The position numbers were made by a program, and so were the translations under genes. Positions 1 to 12,645 of a DNA stretch of 64,000 bases are shown here, piece by piece. The stretch comes from the human T2T-CHM13v2.0 reference genome, Homo sapiens. The DNA lies in assembly GCF_009914755.1 (NCBI RefSeq), contig NC_060937.1; one strand, 5' to 3'. Numbering within the stretch: position 1 is the first letter of the stretch; each line of letters begins with the position of its first letter. Below the pieces are notes generated by a model. That model saw only the letters and a list, made by a program, of their open reading frames with translations. It did not search any database and was not told the DNA's origin.

Positions 1-334
1 TTTTCTGACCATTACTTTCCTGTGAGTTGGGAATATTGTGATGAATGCAGAGTCTGGTAATATCAGTGTATATTGTATTTAACACAGCTATAGTATCACT
101 GCATAATACAATGCCTTGTCATAACTCAATAATCCATGCTTCAGCATGCTTTAAAAGTATAACATTCCAAGTCTATTTTTTTCATCTTTTCTTGTTTTGA
201 CATGATGTGTATGCATTGATAATAAAGTAAAATGTCACAGCACAGTGATATGCATGGCACTTAAAACAGTGATTACAGTTCAGAAACAGCAGTGCAAAAG
301 CAATGAGAATGCCACATGGTTTCTGTCACAACCC

Positions 335-591
335 CTCAACTTTGCCATTCCAGCACAAAAGCAGCCAGAGACAATTTGTAAACAACTAAGTGTGGTTGTG
401 TTCCAATAAAACCTTATATGTGGACAATGAAATCTGAATTTCATTTAATTTCCACATGTCACAAAATAGTATTCTTCTTTTGATTTTTCTTCAACCTTAT
501 AAAAATGCAAAAATCATTCCTGATTCATGAGCCATTCAAGAACAAGTGGCAAGCTGGATTTGGCCCCTGGACTGCAGTTTGCCGACTCTTG
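335..591 (+). mobile_element. MER58/Cheshire-type hAT-Charlie DNA transposon, 3' part (may extend to the window start)
   Basis: Contains 'tgtgttccaataaaaccttat', ends 'ggatttggcccctggactgcagtttgccgactcttg'; closely resembles the MER58B copy at 50592-50941. Confidence 0.7.
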
Positions 592-1195
592 CTTTCAGCT
601 TCTATCTTAAGAATCTAGCAAGGGAAGCAAATTAAAACCAAAAGAAGCAGAAGGAACAATGTAATAAAGTTGAGGGAAGAAATCAATGAAATAGAAAACA
701 GAAAAACAAGAGAAAATTTCAATGTAGCCAAAAGCAGGTTCTTCACAAATATCAATAAAATGAATAAACCTCTAGTAGGATTGACCAGGAAAGAGAGAAA
801 AAAAAAAATACACATTACCAAAACAAAAAATGAAGGAGGGCTATCACTACAAACCTTGGAGCTACTGAAAGACAAAAGAGAGTTTAATGAAATGGACAAA
901 TTCTATGATGGTCACACACCAAAGCTTGCCCAAGAAGAGACAGAGTAGTTAATCGGAATACTCCTTTATCAATTAATGAAATTGAATACAGAAGAGGTAG
1001 AAATATTTCCAACTCTTTTTTTTTCCTTTTTTTGCCATAGTTCTTTTGGCTATCCAACTCATATTTTAAAGCCAGTGTTAGCCTTACACCAAAATCAGAC
1101 AAAGATCTTATCAGAAAATTACAATATCAATATCCCTTAAAAACATAGATACAAAAAATCTTTAAATTTTAGCTAATCAAATCCAGCAATATGTA

Positions 1196-1255
1196 AAATA
1201 GATAATGTATTATGACCCAGTGACGAAATAGATAATGTATTATGACCCAGTGACG
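1196..1255 (+). repeat. Perfect 30-bp tandem duplication
   Basis: AAATAGATAATGTATTATGACCCAGTGACG at 1196-1225 and 1226-1255. Confidence 0.95.
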
Positions 1256-2223
1256 TTTTCCCCAAGAATTCAAGATGGTTTATTTTAAAACCAATCAATA
1301 CAATTTTAAGAGAATAAAAATGAAACATTATAAATCATCTCAATAGATACAGAAAATGTATTTGACAAAATTCAACATAATTCATAAGAATGCTTAGCAA
1401 ACTAAGAATAAAAGGCAATTTACTCAACCGAGTAATGGACATCTATGAAATACCTACGGCTAGCATATGTATTGTGAAAGACTAAATGCTCTCCAAGATC
1501 AAGAACAAGACAAGGATATTTGCTCTCACCCCTTCTATTCCACATTAGAACTGAGGTTCTAACCAGTGCAATAAGGCGATACAAAAATAAAAGGCATGCA
1601 GATTGGAAAAGAAGTAAAGCTGCTTTTATTTACAGAAAACATGATTGTCAGTGGAGAAAATCCTAGGGAATCTGCAAATAGCTCCAGAACTAATAAACGA
1701 GTTGTGTAAGGTTGCAGCATAAGAGGTCAGTGTACAAAAATCAATCTTATTTCCACATACAAGAAATAACTGGAAACTAAAAAGAGTAAAATCATCCAAA
1801 AAATATTAAATATTCAGGGATAAATTTAACAAAATATGTGCAAGATCTGTAACCTGAGAACTATTAAAATCTAAGAGAATTAAAGATGACCTAAATTAAT
1901 AGATATGTGTGTATGTGTTTATGAATAAAAACACTCAATATGCGTAAGATGTCAAATTATCTTGAAAGTGACCCATAGAGTCAATGGAATCCCAATCAAA
2001 ATCCCAGCAGCCTTTTTAGGAAAAATTGACAAGCTGATTCTAAAACTTACATGGAAATGAAAGAACACAAAATAGACAAAAGTTCTGAAAAACAATAAAG
2101 TAGGACTTACTAACACAGATGTATTCAGGTGGGGTACTTCTAAGGGGTTGAGGGGAAAAATGCCTGTTGGGGGTGGATGTCTACTACATGATTTTAAAAT
2201 TTACTATAAAGTTACAGTAATCA

Positions 2224-2520
<297 letters not shown>

Positions 2521-2879
2521 TTACGGTAATCAAGACAGTGTGGAACTGACATAAAGGCAGACACAAAGATCAGTGAAAGAAACTAGAGAGTCAAGAAACA
2601 GATTCATACATACAAAGCCAACTAATTTTCAACCAAAGTGCCAGAGCAATTCAATGAGGGAAGGACAATTTTTTCCAGCAAAAGGGTCCTGAAACAAAGT
2701 GGCTATCCATATGCAAAACAAAAACTGAATCTCAACCCTTACTTCACATCACATACAAAAATTAACTCAAATGGATTACTGACCTAAATGTAAGAGTTAA
2801 AACTATAAAGCTTCCAGAAGACAACCTAACCCAAGGTATTTTTTTTTTTTCCATCAGTTCCCCAAGCCCCAATTCCCAT

Positions 2880-3095
2880 GGGGCAATTTGAAAAGGGCCA
2901 TGTAACACCTGCAAAGGAAGTAGTCTGCATTACAGGAGAGGAGGCCTAAGCTTAGAGAACCTGAATCTATTAAGTTTTATGCTTCCCTACCCCTTGTTCC
3001 AAAGGGAGATACTGTATCTTCCAAGGCTGTAAGCAAACCTGACCTTTGCTCTGGAGAAAGACACTATCTCTTTCTACCCTCCAAGGCTGTTCAAC
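2880..3095 (-). mobile_element. LTR40-like ERVL LTR fragment
   Basis: Reverse complement 'cagccttgga...gagatagtgtctttctccagagcaaaggtcaggtttgcttacagccttggaagata' resembles the LTR at 40386-41548. Confidence 0.6.
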
Positions 3096-3189
3096 TTGGT
3101 ACCTCCCTTCATCCTGGGGAGCCCTTCTGCCTCCTCTATGCTGTCCTTTTTTTATGTATCACATGTCTTTCTCTTTCTTTTTTCACTCT

Positions 3190-4201
3190 CTTACCTTTAT
3201 GGAGCACATTTTCTACAGTTGGGAGAAAAAATTTTTGCAACTGTGCATGTCTGTAAATACCTTTATTCTACCCTCATACTTCCATGAGAATTTGCCTGGC
3301 TACTGAATCTTAGTTTGGAAATAATTTTCCTTGAGAATTTTTATGGCATTTCCCTAATACATTTTAGGTTTCAATATTAGGTTAAGAAGACTGAAGTCAT
3401 TTAAATTCCTAATTCGTTATATATCACTTGTTTTTCCCCTTTTCTGGAAACTTCTCTTTGACATGAGTTTTCTAAAATTTTTGATGATATGCTTTGAAAT
3501 GGGTCTATCTGGGGTTCTTTCAATGTAGAAATTAATGTCTTTCCATTTTAGGAAATATTCTGAATTATTAAAATTTCTTTCCTGAATTTCATTAAAAATT
3601 TCTTTCCATTTTTTTTCTGCTGTGAAATGCCTTTTATCCAGGAATTAGACTTCCTCAGCTGGTCCTCTAATTTTCTTAGTTTTTCCCTCCTTTTTTCCAC
3701 CTCTCTGTCCTTTTGCTCTACTTTCTTGGAGATGTTCTCAACTTTATATTATAATCCTTCTTTAGAACTTTTTCCTTTTTTATTGAGGTATATAACTTAA
3801 AGTGCACAAGTCTTAAGTGTGCAGCTCAATGACCTTTTACACTGTGCACATACACTGTGTACACCCCGGCAACACCCCTTCAAAATACAGAACACTTCCA
3901 ACTCCCCAGAAGGATCCTTCATCCCTCCCAGTCAGTACTTTAATCACTATTCTGATACCACAGATGAATTCTGCCTGCTTTTTAAAAATCAGCTTTATTG
4001 AGGTATAATTTTCATACAATTAATTCCACTAATTTTAAGTGTACAGTTGATGAGTTTTGAAAACTTTATAAACTGCATAACCACCACTACCACCACAACA
4101 AAGGTAAAGAACATTTCCATCACCCCAGAAAACTCCCTTTTGCCACTTTGTATTTGACCTCCAACTCTCACCATGCACTCTCCTGTTCCCTTCTCCCTAC
4201 A
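3190..4201 (-). mobile_element. Old L1 fragments (ORF1-like and 3'-end pieces); the 3'-end piece resumes at 8699-8880
   Basis: T-rich; 'ctttattgaggtataatttt...aacatttccatcaccccaga' is typical of antisense L1M 3' ends. Confidence 0.7.
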
Positions 4202-5951
4202 CAGGCCCACCTCAGTTTACCGCGCCTCATTTTACTGCACTTCGCAGACACCATTTTTTACAATTTGAAGATTCATGGCAACTGTGCATCCAGCAAGTCT
4301 ACCGGTGCCATTTTTCTAACAGCATGTGCTCACTTTGTGTCTCTATGTCACATTTTGGTAATTCTCACAATATTCCAAACTTCTCCATTTTTATTATATC
4401 TGTTAATAGTGATCAGTGATGTTACTGTTGTAATTGTATTGGGGCACCACAAACCATGCCCTATAGCAAGGTGAATATAATTGATAAATACTGTGTTCTG
4501 ACTGCCCTACCAATAGGCTGTTGCCCTCTCTCTCTCTTCTCCTCGGGCCTCCTTTTCCCGGAGACACAATACTGAAATTAGGCCAATGAAGAACCCTACA
4601 ATAGCCTCTAAGTGTTCAAGTGAAAGGGAATAGTTGCATGTCTCTCACTTGAAATCAAGGGCCAGAAATGACTAAGCTTAGCAAGCAAGGCATGTTGAAA
4701 GCTAAGATAGGGCAAGAGGTAGATCTCTCGTGCCAAAGAGCCAAGTTGTAAATGCAAAGAAGAAGTTCTTGAAAGAAATTAAAAGTGCTACTCCAGTGAA
4801 CATATGAATGATGAGAAAGCAAAACAGCCTTATTGCTGATATGGAGAAAGTGTGAGTGGTCTGGACAGAAGATTAAACCAGCCACAATATTCCCTTAAGC
4901 CAAAGCCTAATCCAGAACAAGACCCTAATTGTCTTCAATTCTATGAAGGCTGAAAGAGGTGAGGATGCTGCAGAAGTATGAAGCAAGTAGAGACTGGTTT
5001 ATGAGGTTTAAGGAAAGAAGCCTTTTCCATAACACAAAAGTGCAAGGTGAAGCAGCAAGTGCTAATGTAGAAGCTGCAGCAAGTTGTCTAGAACTAGCTA
5101 AGATCATTGATGAAGGTGGCTACACTAAACAACAGATTTTCAATGTAGACAAAATAGCCTTCTATTGGAAAAATATTTCATCTAAGACTTTCCTGGCTAG
5201 AGAGGAAAAGTGAATGCCTGGGTTCAAAGCCTTAAAGGACAGGCTGGCTCTCGTGTCAGGGGCTGATTTAGCTGACGACTTGAAGTTGAAGCCAATGCTC
5301 ATTTACTAATATGAAGATCCTAGGGCCCTTAAGAGTTATGCTGAAGCTACTCTGCCTGTGCTCTGTAAATGGAATAGCAAAGTCTAGATGACAGCACATC
5401 TGTTTACAGTATGGCTTACTGAATATTTTAAGCCCAACTTTGAGAGCTATGGCTCAGAAAAAAAGATTCCTTTAAAAATATTGCCACTCACTGACAATGC
5501 ACCTGGTCACCAAAGAGCTCTGATGTAGATGTACAAAGAGATAAATGCTGTTTTCATGCCTGCTTATCCATTCTGCAGGCCATGGATAAAGGAGTTATTT
5601 CAACTTTCAAATCTTATTATTTAAGAAATACATTTTTTAAGGCTATAGGTGCCATAGATAGTGATTTCCTTTGATGAAACTGGGCAAAGTAAATTGAACA
5701 CTTTCTGGAACAGAGTCACCCTTCTAGATGCCAGTAAGAACATTTGTGATTCAAGGGAGGATGTCAAAACATTAACACTAACAGGAGTGTTACAGAAATT
5801 GATTCCAGTCCTCATGGATGACTCTGAGGGTTTCAAGACTTTATTGGAGGAAATCACTGCAGATGTGGTAGAAAAAGCAAGAGAACTAGCATTAGAAGTG
5901 GAGCTTGTAGATGTGACTGAATTGCTGCAATCTCATGACAAAACATAAACG

Positions 5952-6089
5952 GGGTAGGGCACAGTGGCTCACACCCGTAATCTCAACATTTCGGGAGGCC
6001 AAGGCAAAAGGATCACTTAAGACCAGGAGTTCAAGACCAGCCTGGGCAACACAGCAAGACCCCATCTCTACAAAAAATTAAAAAAAAAA
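5952..6089 (+). mobile_element. Alu left monomer (FLAM-like) inside Tigger1
   Basis: Single Alu arm ending 'gaccccatctctacaaaaaatt(A)n'; degraded TSD aaaacataaacgg / aaaacttgaatgg. Confidence 0.8.
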
Positions 6090-6392
6090 CTTGAATGGAT
6101 GAGTTGTTTCTTATGCATGAGCAAAGAAAGTGGCTTCTTGAGCTGCAATCTACTCCTGGTGAAGATGCTTGTGAACACTGTTGAAATAACAATAAAGGAT
6201 TTAGATTACTACATAATCCTAGTTGATAAAGCAGCAGCAGGGTTTGGAGAGGATTGACTCCAATTGTGAAAGAATTGCTACTGTGGGTAAAATGCTATCA
6301 AACAGTATAATTGCATGCTATGGAGAAATTTTTCACAAAAGGAAGAGTCAATACGTCCACCAAACTTTGTTGTTATTTTAAGAATTGCCCTG

Positions 6393-7707
6393 GGCCAGGC
6401 ACATTGGGTCATGCCAGTAATCCCAACACTTTGGGAGGCCAAGGCAGGAGTATCACTTGAGGCTAGAAGTTCAAGACCAGCCTGGGCAACATAGCAAGAT
6501 GCCAATTCTAAAAAAAAAAAAAAAAAAATTTTAATTAGTCACATGGGCACTGAGAACGCGGGTCCACGCACGTGATCGTCCGTGCATCTAGCCTTTGCCC
6601 ACACAGCTTGTTCAGTCATGGCCTCAGGTAATGCGTGCATGGGAAAGCCTGCCCCTAACTTCAAGGCCACATCCATGGTGGATGGCGCCTTCAAAGAGGT
6701 GAAGCTGTCAGACTACAAAGGGAAGTACGTGGTCCTCTTTTTCTACCCTCTGGACTTCACTTTTGTGTGCCCCACGGAGATCACTGCAGTCAGCAGCCAT
6801 GCCGAGGACTTCCGCAAGCTGGGCTGCGAAGTGCTGGGCATCTTGGTGGACTCTCAGTTCACCCACCTGGCTTGGATTAACATCCCCCGGAAGGAGGGAG
6901 GCTTGGGCCCCCTGAACATCCCCCTGCTTGCTAATGTGGCAATCTGAGGATTACGGTGAGCTGAAAACAGATGAGTGCATTGCCTACTGGGGCCTCTTTA
7001 TCATTGATGGCAAGGGTGTCCTTTGCCAGATCACTGTTAATGATTTGCCTGTGGGACGCTCATTGGATGAGGCTCTGCAGCTGGTCCAGACCATCCAGTA
7101 CACGGACGAGCACAGGGAAGTTTGTCCTGCTGGCTGGAAGCTTGGCAGTGACACAATTAAGCTCAACGTGGATGACGGCGAGGAATATTTCTCCAAACAA
7201 AATTAGGCTGGCCAATGGATAGTGAGCTTGTGCCCCTACCTAGGTGCCTGTGCTGGGTGCTCACCTGTGCCCCTACCTAGGTGCCCTGTGCTGACCCAGG
7301 AAAGGCCAGACCTGCCCCTCCAAACACCACAGTCTGGGACCCTGGAGGGCTAGGCCAAGGCCTTCTCATGCCTCCTCCTGGGAGCTGAATAGTGACGCCC
7401 ACTCCCGAGCCCGCCCAGCAGCACACAGGCCTAGAGGTGACCAATAAAGTATTAGGGACAAGAAAAAAAAAATTAGTCACATGTGGTCCTAGCTACTCAA
7501 GAGGCTGGGGCGGGATGATCGCTTGAGTCTGAGAGTTTGAGGCTGCAGTAAGTTATGATCACACCACTACGCTCCAGCCCTCCAGCCTGGGTGACAGAGT
7601 GAGACCCTGCCTCTAAAAAAAAAAAAAAAGAAAAAAGAAAAGAAGGAGGAGGAAGGAAGAAGGATGAGGAGGAGTAGGAAGAGAGGAAAAAGAGAAGAAG
7701 GAGGAAG
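6393..7707 (+). mobile_element. AluJ-like element split by the PRDX2 retrocopy, with an A/GA-rich tail
   Basis: Left arm 6393-~6530, right arm ~7484-7615, GA-rich tail; TSD aaga(a)attgcc. Confidence 0.85.
6546..7470 (+). pseudogene. PRDX2P1: Processed pseudogene of peroxiredoxin 2 (probably PRDX2P1; number recalled, not verified)
   Basis: Intronless. ATG at 6618 gives MASGNA..GKPAP.FKAT; [25 protein letters not shown] and YF motifs present; stop at 7204-7206. CDS span is 589 nt versus 597 for PRDX2, i.e. an 8-nt deletion near 6937-6941 that frameshifts into TGA at 6945. AATAAA at 7443, short polyA, 13-bp TSD AATTAGTCACATG (6533-6545 / 7471-7483). Confidence 0.93.
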
Positions 7708-7856
7708 AAGAAATTGCCACAGCCACCCCAACCTTCAGCAACCACTACCCTGATCTGTCAGCAGCCATCAAGATAAGATCCCCCCACCAATAAAAAGATT
7801 AAGACTTGCTGAGGCTCAGATAATTGTTAGCATTTTTTAGCAATACAGTCTTTTTT

Positions 7857-8500
7857 AACAACAGATGCTGGCAAGGCTGCAGCGAAAAGGGAATACTTAT
7901 ACATTGTTGGTATGGAAAGCAGTTTAGAGATTTCTCAAAGAACTTAAAACGGAACTACCATTTGACCCAGCAGTCCCATTACTGGGTATATACCCAAAAG
8001 AAAACCAATCATTCTACCAAAAAGACACATGCACTCGTATCTTCACTGCAGCACTATTCACAATAGCAAAGCCATGGAATCAATCTCGGTATCCATCAAC
8101 AGTGGATTGGATAAAGAAAACGTGGTACATATATACCATGGAATACTATATGGTCTTAAAAAAGAACAAAATCATGCCCTTTGCAGCAACATGGATGTAG
8201 CTGGAGGCCATTATCCTTAACAAATAAATGCAGGAACAGAAAACCAAGTACTACATATTCTTACATATAAGTGGGAGCTAAACATTGGATACTCCTAGAC
8301 ATAAAGATGGCAACAACAGACACTGGAAACTAATAGAGGTGGGAGGGAGGCAGGCAAGAGTTGGAAAACTATCTTTTGGCTACTACACTCACTCTCTGGG
8401 TGACGGGATCATTCATATCCCAAACCTCAGCATCATGCAATATACCCATGTAACAAACGTGCAGATGTACCCCCTAAATCTAAAATAAAAGTTAAAAAAT
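7857..8500 (+). mobile_element. 5'-truncated primate L1 3' end (late L1PA or L1PB-like) inside Tigger1
   Basis: 'gaactaccatttgacccagcagtcccattactgggtatatacccaaaag...cccatgtaacaaac...ctaaaataaaagtt'. Confidence 0.88.
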
Positions 8501-8899
8501 TTTAAAGTATTTTTAAATTGAGACATGTACATTTTTTAGACGTAATGTTATTGCACACTTAATAAACTATAGTATAGTGTAAATGTAACTTTTATATGCA
8601 CTGGGAAACCAGAAAATTTGTGTGACTAGCTTTATCGCAATATTTGCTTTACCAAAATGGTCTGAAACAAAGCCCACAGTATCTCTCAAGTATGCCTGCA
8701 GTTTTGTCAGTTCTAGAATGCAAAATAAATAAACTCATATGGTATATACTCTGATTTCCTTCATTTAGAATAATGCTTTTGAGATTCAACTATGCCCTTA
8801 TATGTATCAGTAATTACTTTTTATTGCTGAGTAGTATCCCATTATATAGACATACTAAAATTTGTTTATTCACTCATCAGTTCTCCATAGCGCACTTCA

Positions 8900-9690
8900 C
8901 AGAAACAAATCACAAAAGTACAGGACATATCATTTACCCAGGCTTTACTTTATTTCCACTGAGTTTACATCTAAAATTACAAGATACAAAGAAAGCAATC
9001 CACTATGAGGGAGAATTAATACAACATAAAGCAAAATTAAGGCCTTTTTAGCTACTGTAAAATAAGTACATTTAAAGACATAGGGACAAGAAATTTTAAA
9101 ATAAATAAGCTTATTTGAAAAATAATCAAAAAGAACTTCTGGCATTAAAATATATAGTCACTGAAATAAAAACAAAACTCAGTGGACTGAGGAAGCAAGA
9201 GATTAGACACAGATAAAAGGAGAATCAATAAACCAGAAGACAGAGCTGCAGAAACTGACCAGAATGCAGCATATAGAGAATAAGTAAATAAGATTAAGAA
9301 ATGCAACAGAGTAGAAAGAGAAGATCCATCATGTATGTCTATTATGAATTCCAGGAGAAAAAAGAAAGGCAAAATTCAAAAATACAGTGGCTGAGAATTT
9401 TCCAAAACTAACAGAAGACAATAATTTTCAGTTTCAAAGCAAATCAAAGTTCACACCTAGAGACAAGGTAGTAAGACTGAAGAACATTTAAAACAGAAAG
9501 AAATGACAAATTATATACAAAGGAAAGAAATTATATTGACAGCTAACTTTTCAAGAGGAACAGTGGGAGCCTGGAGACAATGAAATAATATCTTCCAAGG
9601 GGTAAGGGTGTAGGGGGTTGGCAACCTAGAATTGTATACCAAACCATTCAAGTTTATGTTTGATAAAGGCCACATAAAAATTTCAGACAG
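8900..9690 (+). mobile_element. Old L1 ORF1-region fragment
   Basis: 'gtggctgagaattttccaaaact', 'ttgacagctaacttttcaag', 'caacctagaattgtatacc'. Confidence 0.7.
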
Positions 9691-9850
9691 AAAAGCCTGG
9701 ATATGAATCCAGGCACCATAAATTTTTAGTTGTGACCTCAGGCAAATCATATAATTTCAATAAGCCTCAATTCTGTCTACAAAATAGGAAAAATAATATT
9801 TATCATAAGGTTATTTTAAAAATTAAATGTGATCATATGTTAACATCATT
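9690..9850 (+). mobile_element. MIR fragment
   Basis: 'tgtgacctcaggcaaatcat...aagcctcaattctgtctacaaaatagg' MIR core. Confidence 0.6.
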
Positions 9851-11556
9851 CCTCACATACAACACTGAATCAATATAAGGAATATTTTTACTCTACACTC
9901 AACATCAATGCAGATAACTGAAGCAGTTAATTTTTCCTCTGAAAAAAAGAAATCAACTGATTCAATTTTCATTATAAATTTCTAGAAGCTATACTAAAAT
10001 TATTTTTAGTCATAATCTTGAAACATAGTTTTTTAAATCTCCTTTAATATAAATTAGAAGAATTTCTAGGTCTTTTTAAAATGTCAGGTTAAATCTAAAG
10101 ACAAAATATTTTAGCAATGTCTAATATTTGACAATGTCTCTTATTTTGAGATTATGTATTCAAAAATAAATTAAGCATCTTCTTACAGTATTTACTGCTG
10201 AACTGACCCAGCAAAGTTGCCCTATACAGAATGCTCCAGATAATACCTTCAAGGAGAGTTCTAGGCTCAGACTGAGAAGAGCTCAGTCCAAGTTCATGCT
10301 CAGATCAAGAAGGAATACTGCTTTATCTGGTTCCAGATAATTATTTTTGTAACTGTTTCATGACTCAGATCTAAATGTAACACATAAAGCCATCTTTTCA
10401 GCTACATCTCCAACCTTTCTGTTCTCTCCTTTAAATCTACCATCACCCACAACACACACACACACACATTCTCTCCCAACATACTTGAATTTTTTATCTC
10501 ATGCCAAGACTAAGACATATAATTGAAAAAATGAAAAGCTAGCTTGTATCCAGAACCCAATCCCACCAGGGATGTCACTCATAATTCCTTTTACAAATGA
10601 AATCATAATATTTATCATTCTTTTGTCTCCACAGTAATGGTTTTTGAAGAGGAAACAAAACATTTTTTAAACTAATTTTATGTGAATGATGTCAATCTAA
10701 TTCAGTTATACTTACAATACATATGAGGCTAAGAAAATAATTTCTGCTTTAAACTATTTTTATTCTGACACTTCCATATTTTTCTCCTATTGTTCCTTTT
10801 CCTCCTAAAAGTTGTAAATTCCTGAAAGTAGATGCCTATTTCAGAAACACCTAAGTAACCTGAACTATAGCAATGTGAACTAAATAACACTAATTAGAAC
10901 AGTGGTAAGCAAAACAACAAATCAAGTTTTATTTTCAATATTTTGTACCACAATGAATTTTATCAATATGTCCAGGCTTTACATGCTTAATGAAAAAAAA
11001 AAAAGTTTCTCCAAATCACCGAAGTCCAGTTTATGTCATACAATGGCTGCTATAAATAAAAGCAATTAAGGAAACACATAACCATGACTTCTCAAATTAA
11101 TGCATCCTGAAGTATGTTTCAAGCACAATAAATGAACCTACTATGTGAGTACTAATCAACCAAATAGTTAATTTTGAAAACCACAATACCTCCCATCTCT
11201 TTATTTTGGGTAATAGTCTCAAGGACTACAGTTTGCCATGAATAATAAAGAAAACAACCACAAACCCAGACATTACAGAAGAATGTATGTAGTAATTAAG
11301 GCTTTTCATTTATTTTTTACATGTATACAAATCACTTCTCAAATATTTTAGAAACAAAAAAAAACTGTTCATAAACATAAAAGAATCTAGATACTAATAT
11401 AGGGTTCTAAGAGCTTAAACGTTTCTCAAAAGTAACCATCACAGTAATTTCTGCTCATGTTCTAAATTCTACTGGCAGCTTTAAAATATTACAAAGGACA
11501 GAAAATGTGGATCATCTGTTACTGTGTCTCAAGATGACAGCTTAAACTATAAACTT

Positions 11557-11860
11557 GGCCAGGCATGGTGGCTCACGCCTGTAATCCCAGCACTTTGGGA
11601 GGCCTAGACAGGCGGATCTCCTGAGGTCAGGAGTTCAAGACCAGCCTGGCCAACATGGCAAAACCCCGTCTCTACTAAAAAAGTACAAAAATTAGCGGGG
11701 CGTGGTAGCGAGTGCCTGTGGTCCCAGCTACTCAGGAGGCTGAGGCGGCAGAAGCTTGAACCCAGGAGACGGAGGTTGCAGTGAGCCGAGATGGCGCCAC
11801 TGCACTCCAACCTGGGCGACAAGAGTGAGACTCTGTCTGAAAAAAACAAACAAAAAAAAC
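11557..11860 (+). mobile_element. AluS
   Basis: Full dimer; TSD ctataaactt. Confidence 0.92.
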
Positions 11861-11904
11861 CCTATAAACTTTATCTAATTGCATAAATACCCTTTTTAGC
11901 ACAA

Positions 11905-12150
11905 AAATAATAGTAGCGATGTTTATTGAATGCTAACTCCCCACCAAGTAATACGATAAAAATGTTTTTCTAGGCATTATCTCATCTAATCCTTATAACA
12001 CTACAAAACAGTAACAGTTACCCACCATTTAGCAGAGGAGGTGACTGAGGCTTTAAAGAATTTAAATAATTTGCCCATAGAGCCTGGATTTGAACCCAGA
12101 TGTGTCTAACTCAGAGCCTGTCCTCCTGGCTCATTACAATTTACTGCCTC
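11905..12150 (-). mobile_element. MIR
   Basis: 'ctcatctaatcct...gaggaggtgactgaggct...ggatttgaacccaga'. Confidence 0.7.
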
Positions 12151-12332
12151 AAATTCCTTTAAAGTTACGCAGCTAATCTAAAAATAAATATAAAAGGCTT
12201 ATTAACAGAAATAAAGATATTTTGTTGTGGTTGCCTATATAATTAAATACTACTTGTTTTTTAATTTCATAGTGCTTTGAACAGCCTAAAACCTTTCAAA
12301 ACCATCTGCTTCATATTACTGTATTTTATGAA

Positions 12333-12645
12333 GTATGTATGTATGTATTTATTTATTTTTGAGGCAAGGTCTCACTCTGTCGCCCAGCCTGGAGTGCAAT
12401 GGTGCAATCTCAGCTCACTGCAACCTGGACCTCCCAGTCTCAACCAATCCTCCCACCTCAGCCTCCTGAGTAGCTGGGACCACGGGTGTGCGCAGCCACG
12501 CCTGGCTAATTTTTGTATTTTTTGCAGAGATGATGTCTCGCCATGTTGCCCAGGCAACTTGTCTCAAACTCCTGGACTCAAGCTTTCTGCCCCTCTCAGC
12601 CTCCCAAAGTGCTGGGATAACAAGCAAGAGCCACCACACCCAGAC
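12333..12645 (-). mobile_element. AluJ-like
   Basis: Antisense dimer with a (TATG)/(TATT) tail. Confidence 0.88.

Larger units (their letters stand above)
4202..8698 (+). mobile_element. Near-full-length Tigger1 (TcMar-pogo) with nested insertions; transposase disrupted
   Basis: Termini CAGGCCCACCTC...AAGTATGCCTG; transposase remnants in ORFs 4959-5213 ([28 protein letters not shown]) and 5661-5948; about 2.4 kb after removing inserts. Confidence 0.93.

Noticed and set aside
4959-5948. Domesticated TIGD-like transposase gene
   Set aside because: Multiple stops and frameshifts, an altered DDE-region motif (NVDK instead of NVDE) and an Alu insertion
6582-7206. Functional peroxiredoxin gene, or a two-ORF programmed-frameshift system
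   Set aside because: An 8-nt deletion, loss of the catalytic Arg, polyA and TSD mark it as a processed pseudogene; no slippery site is evident
7229-7293. Direct repeat 'tgtgcccctacctaggtgcc' in the pseudogene 3'UTR
   Set aside because: As I recall, an imperfect version is already present in the parental PRDX2 3'UTR, so it is not specific to this locus
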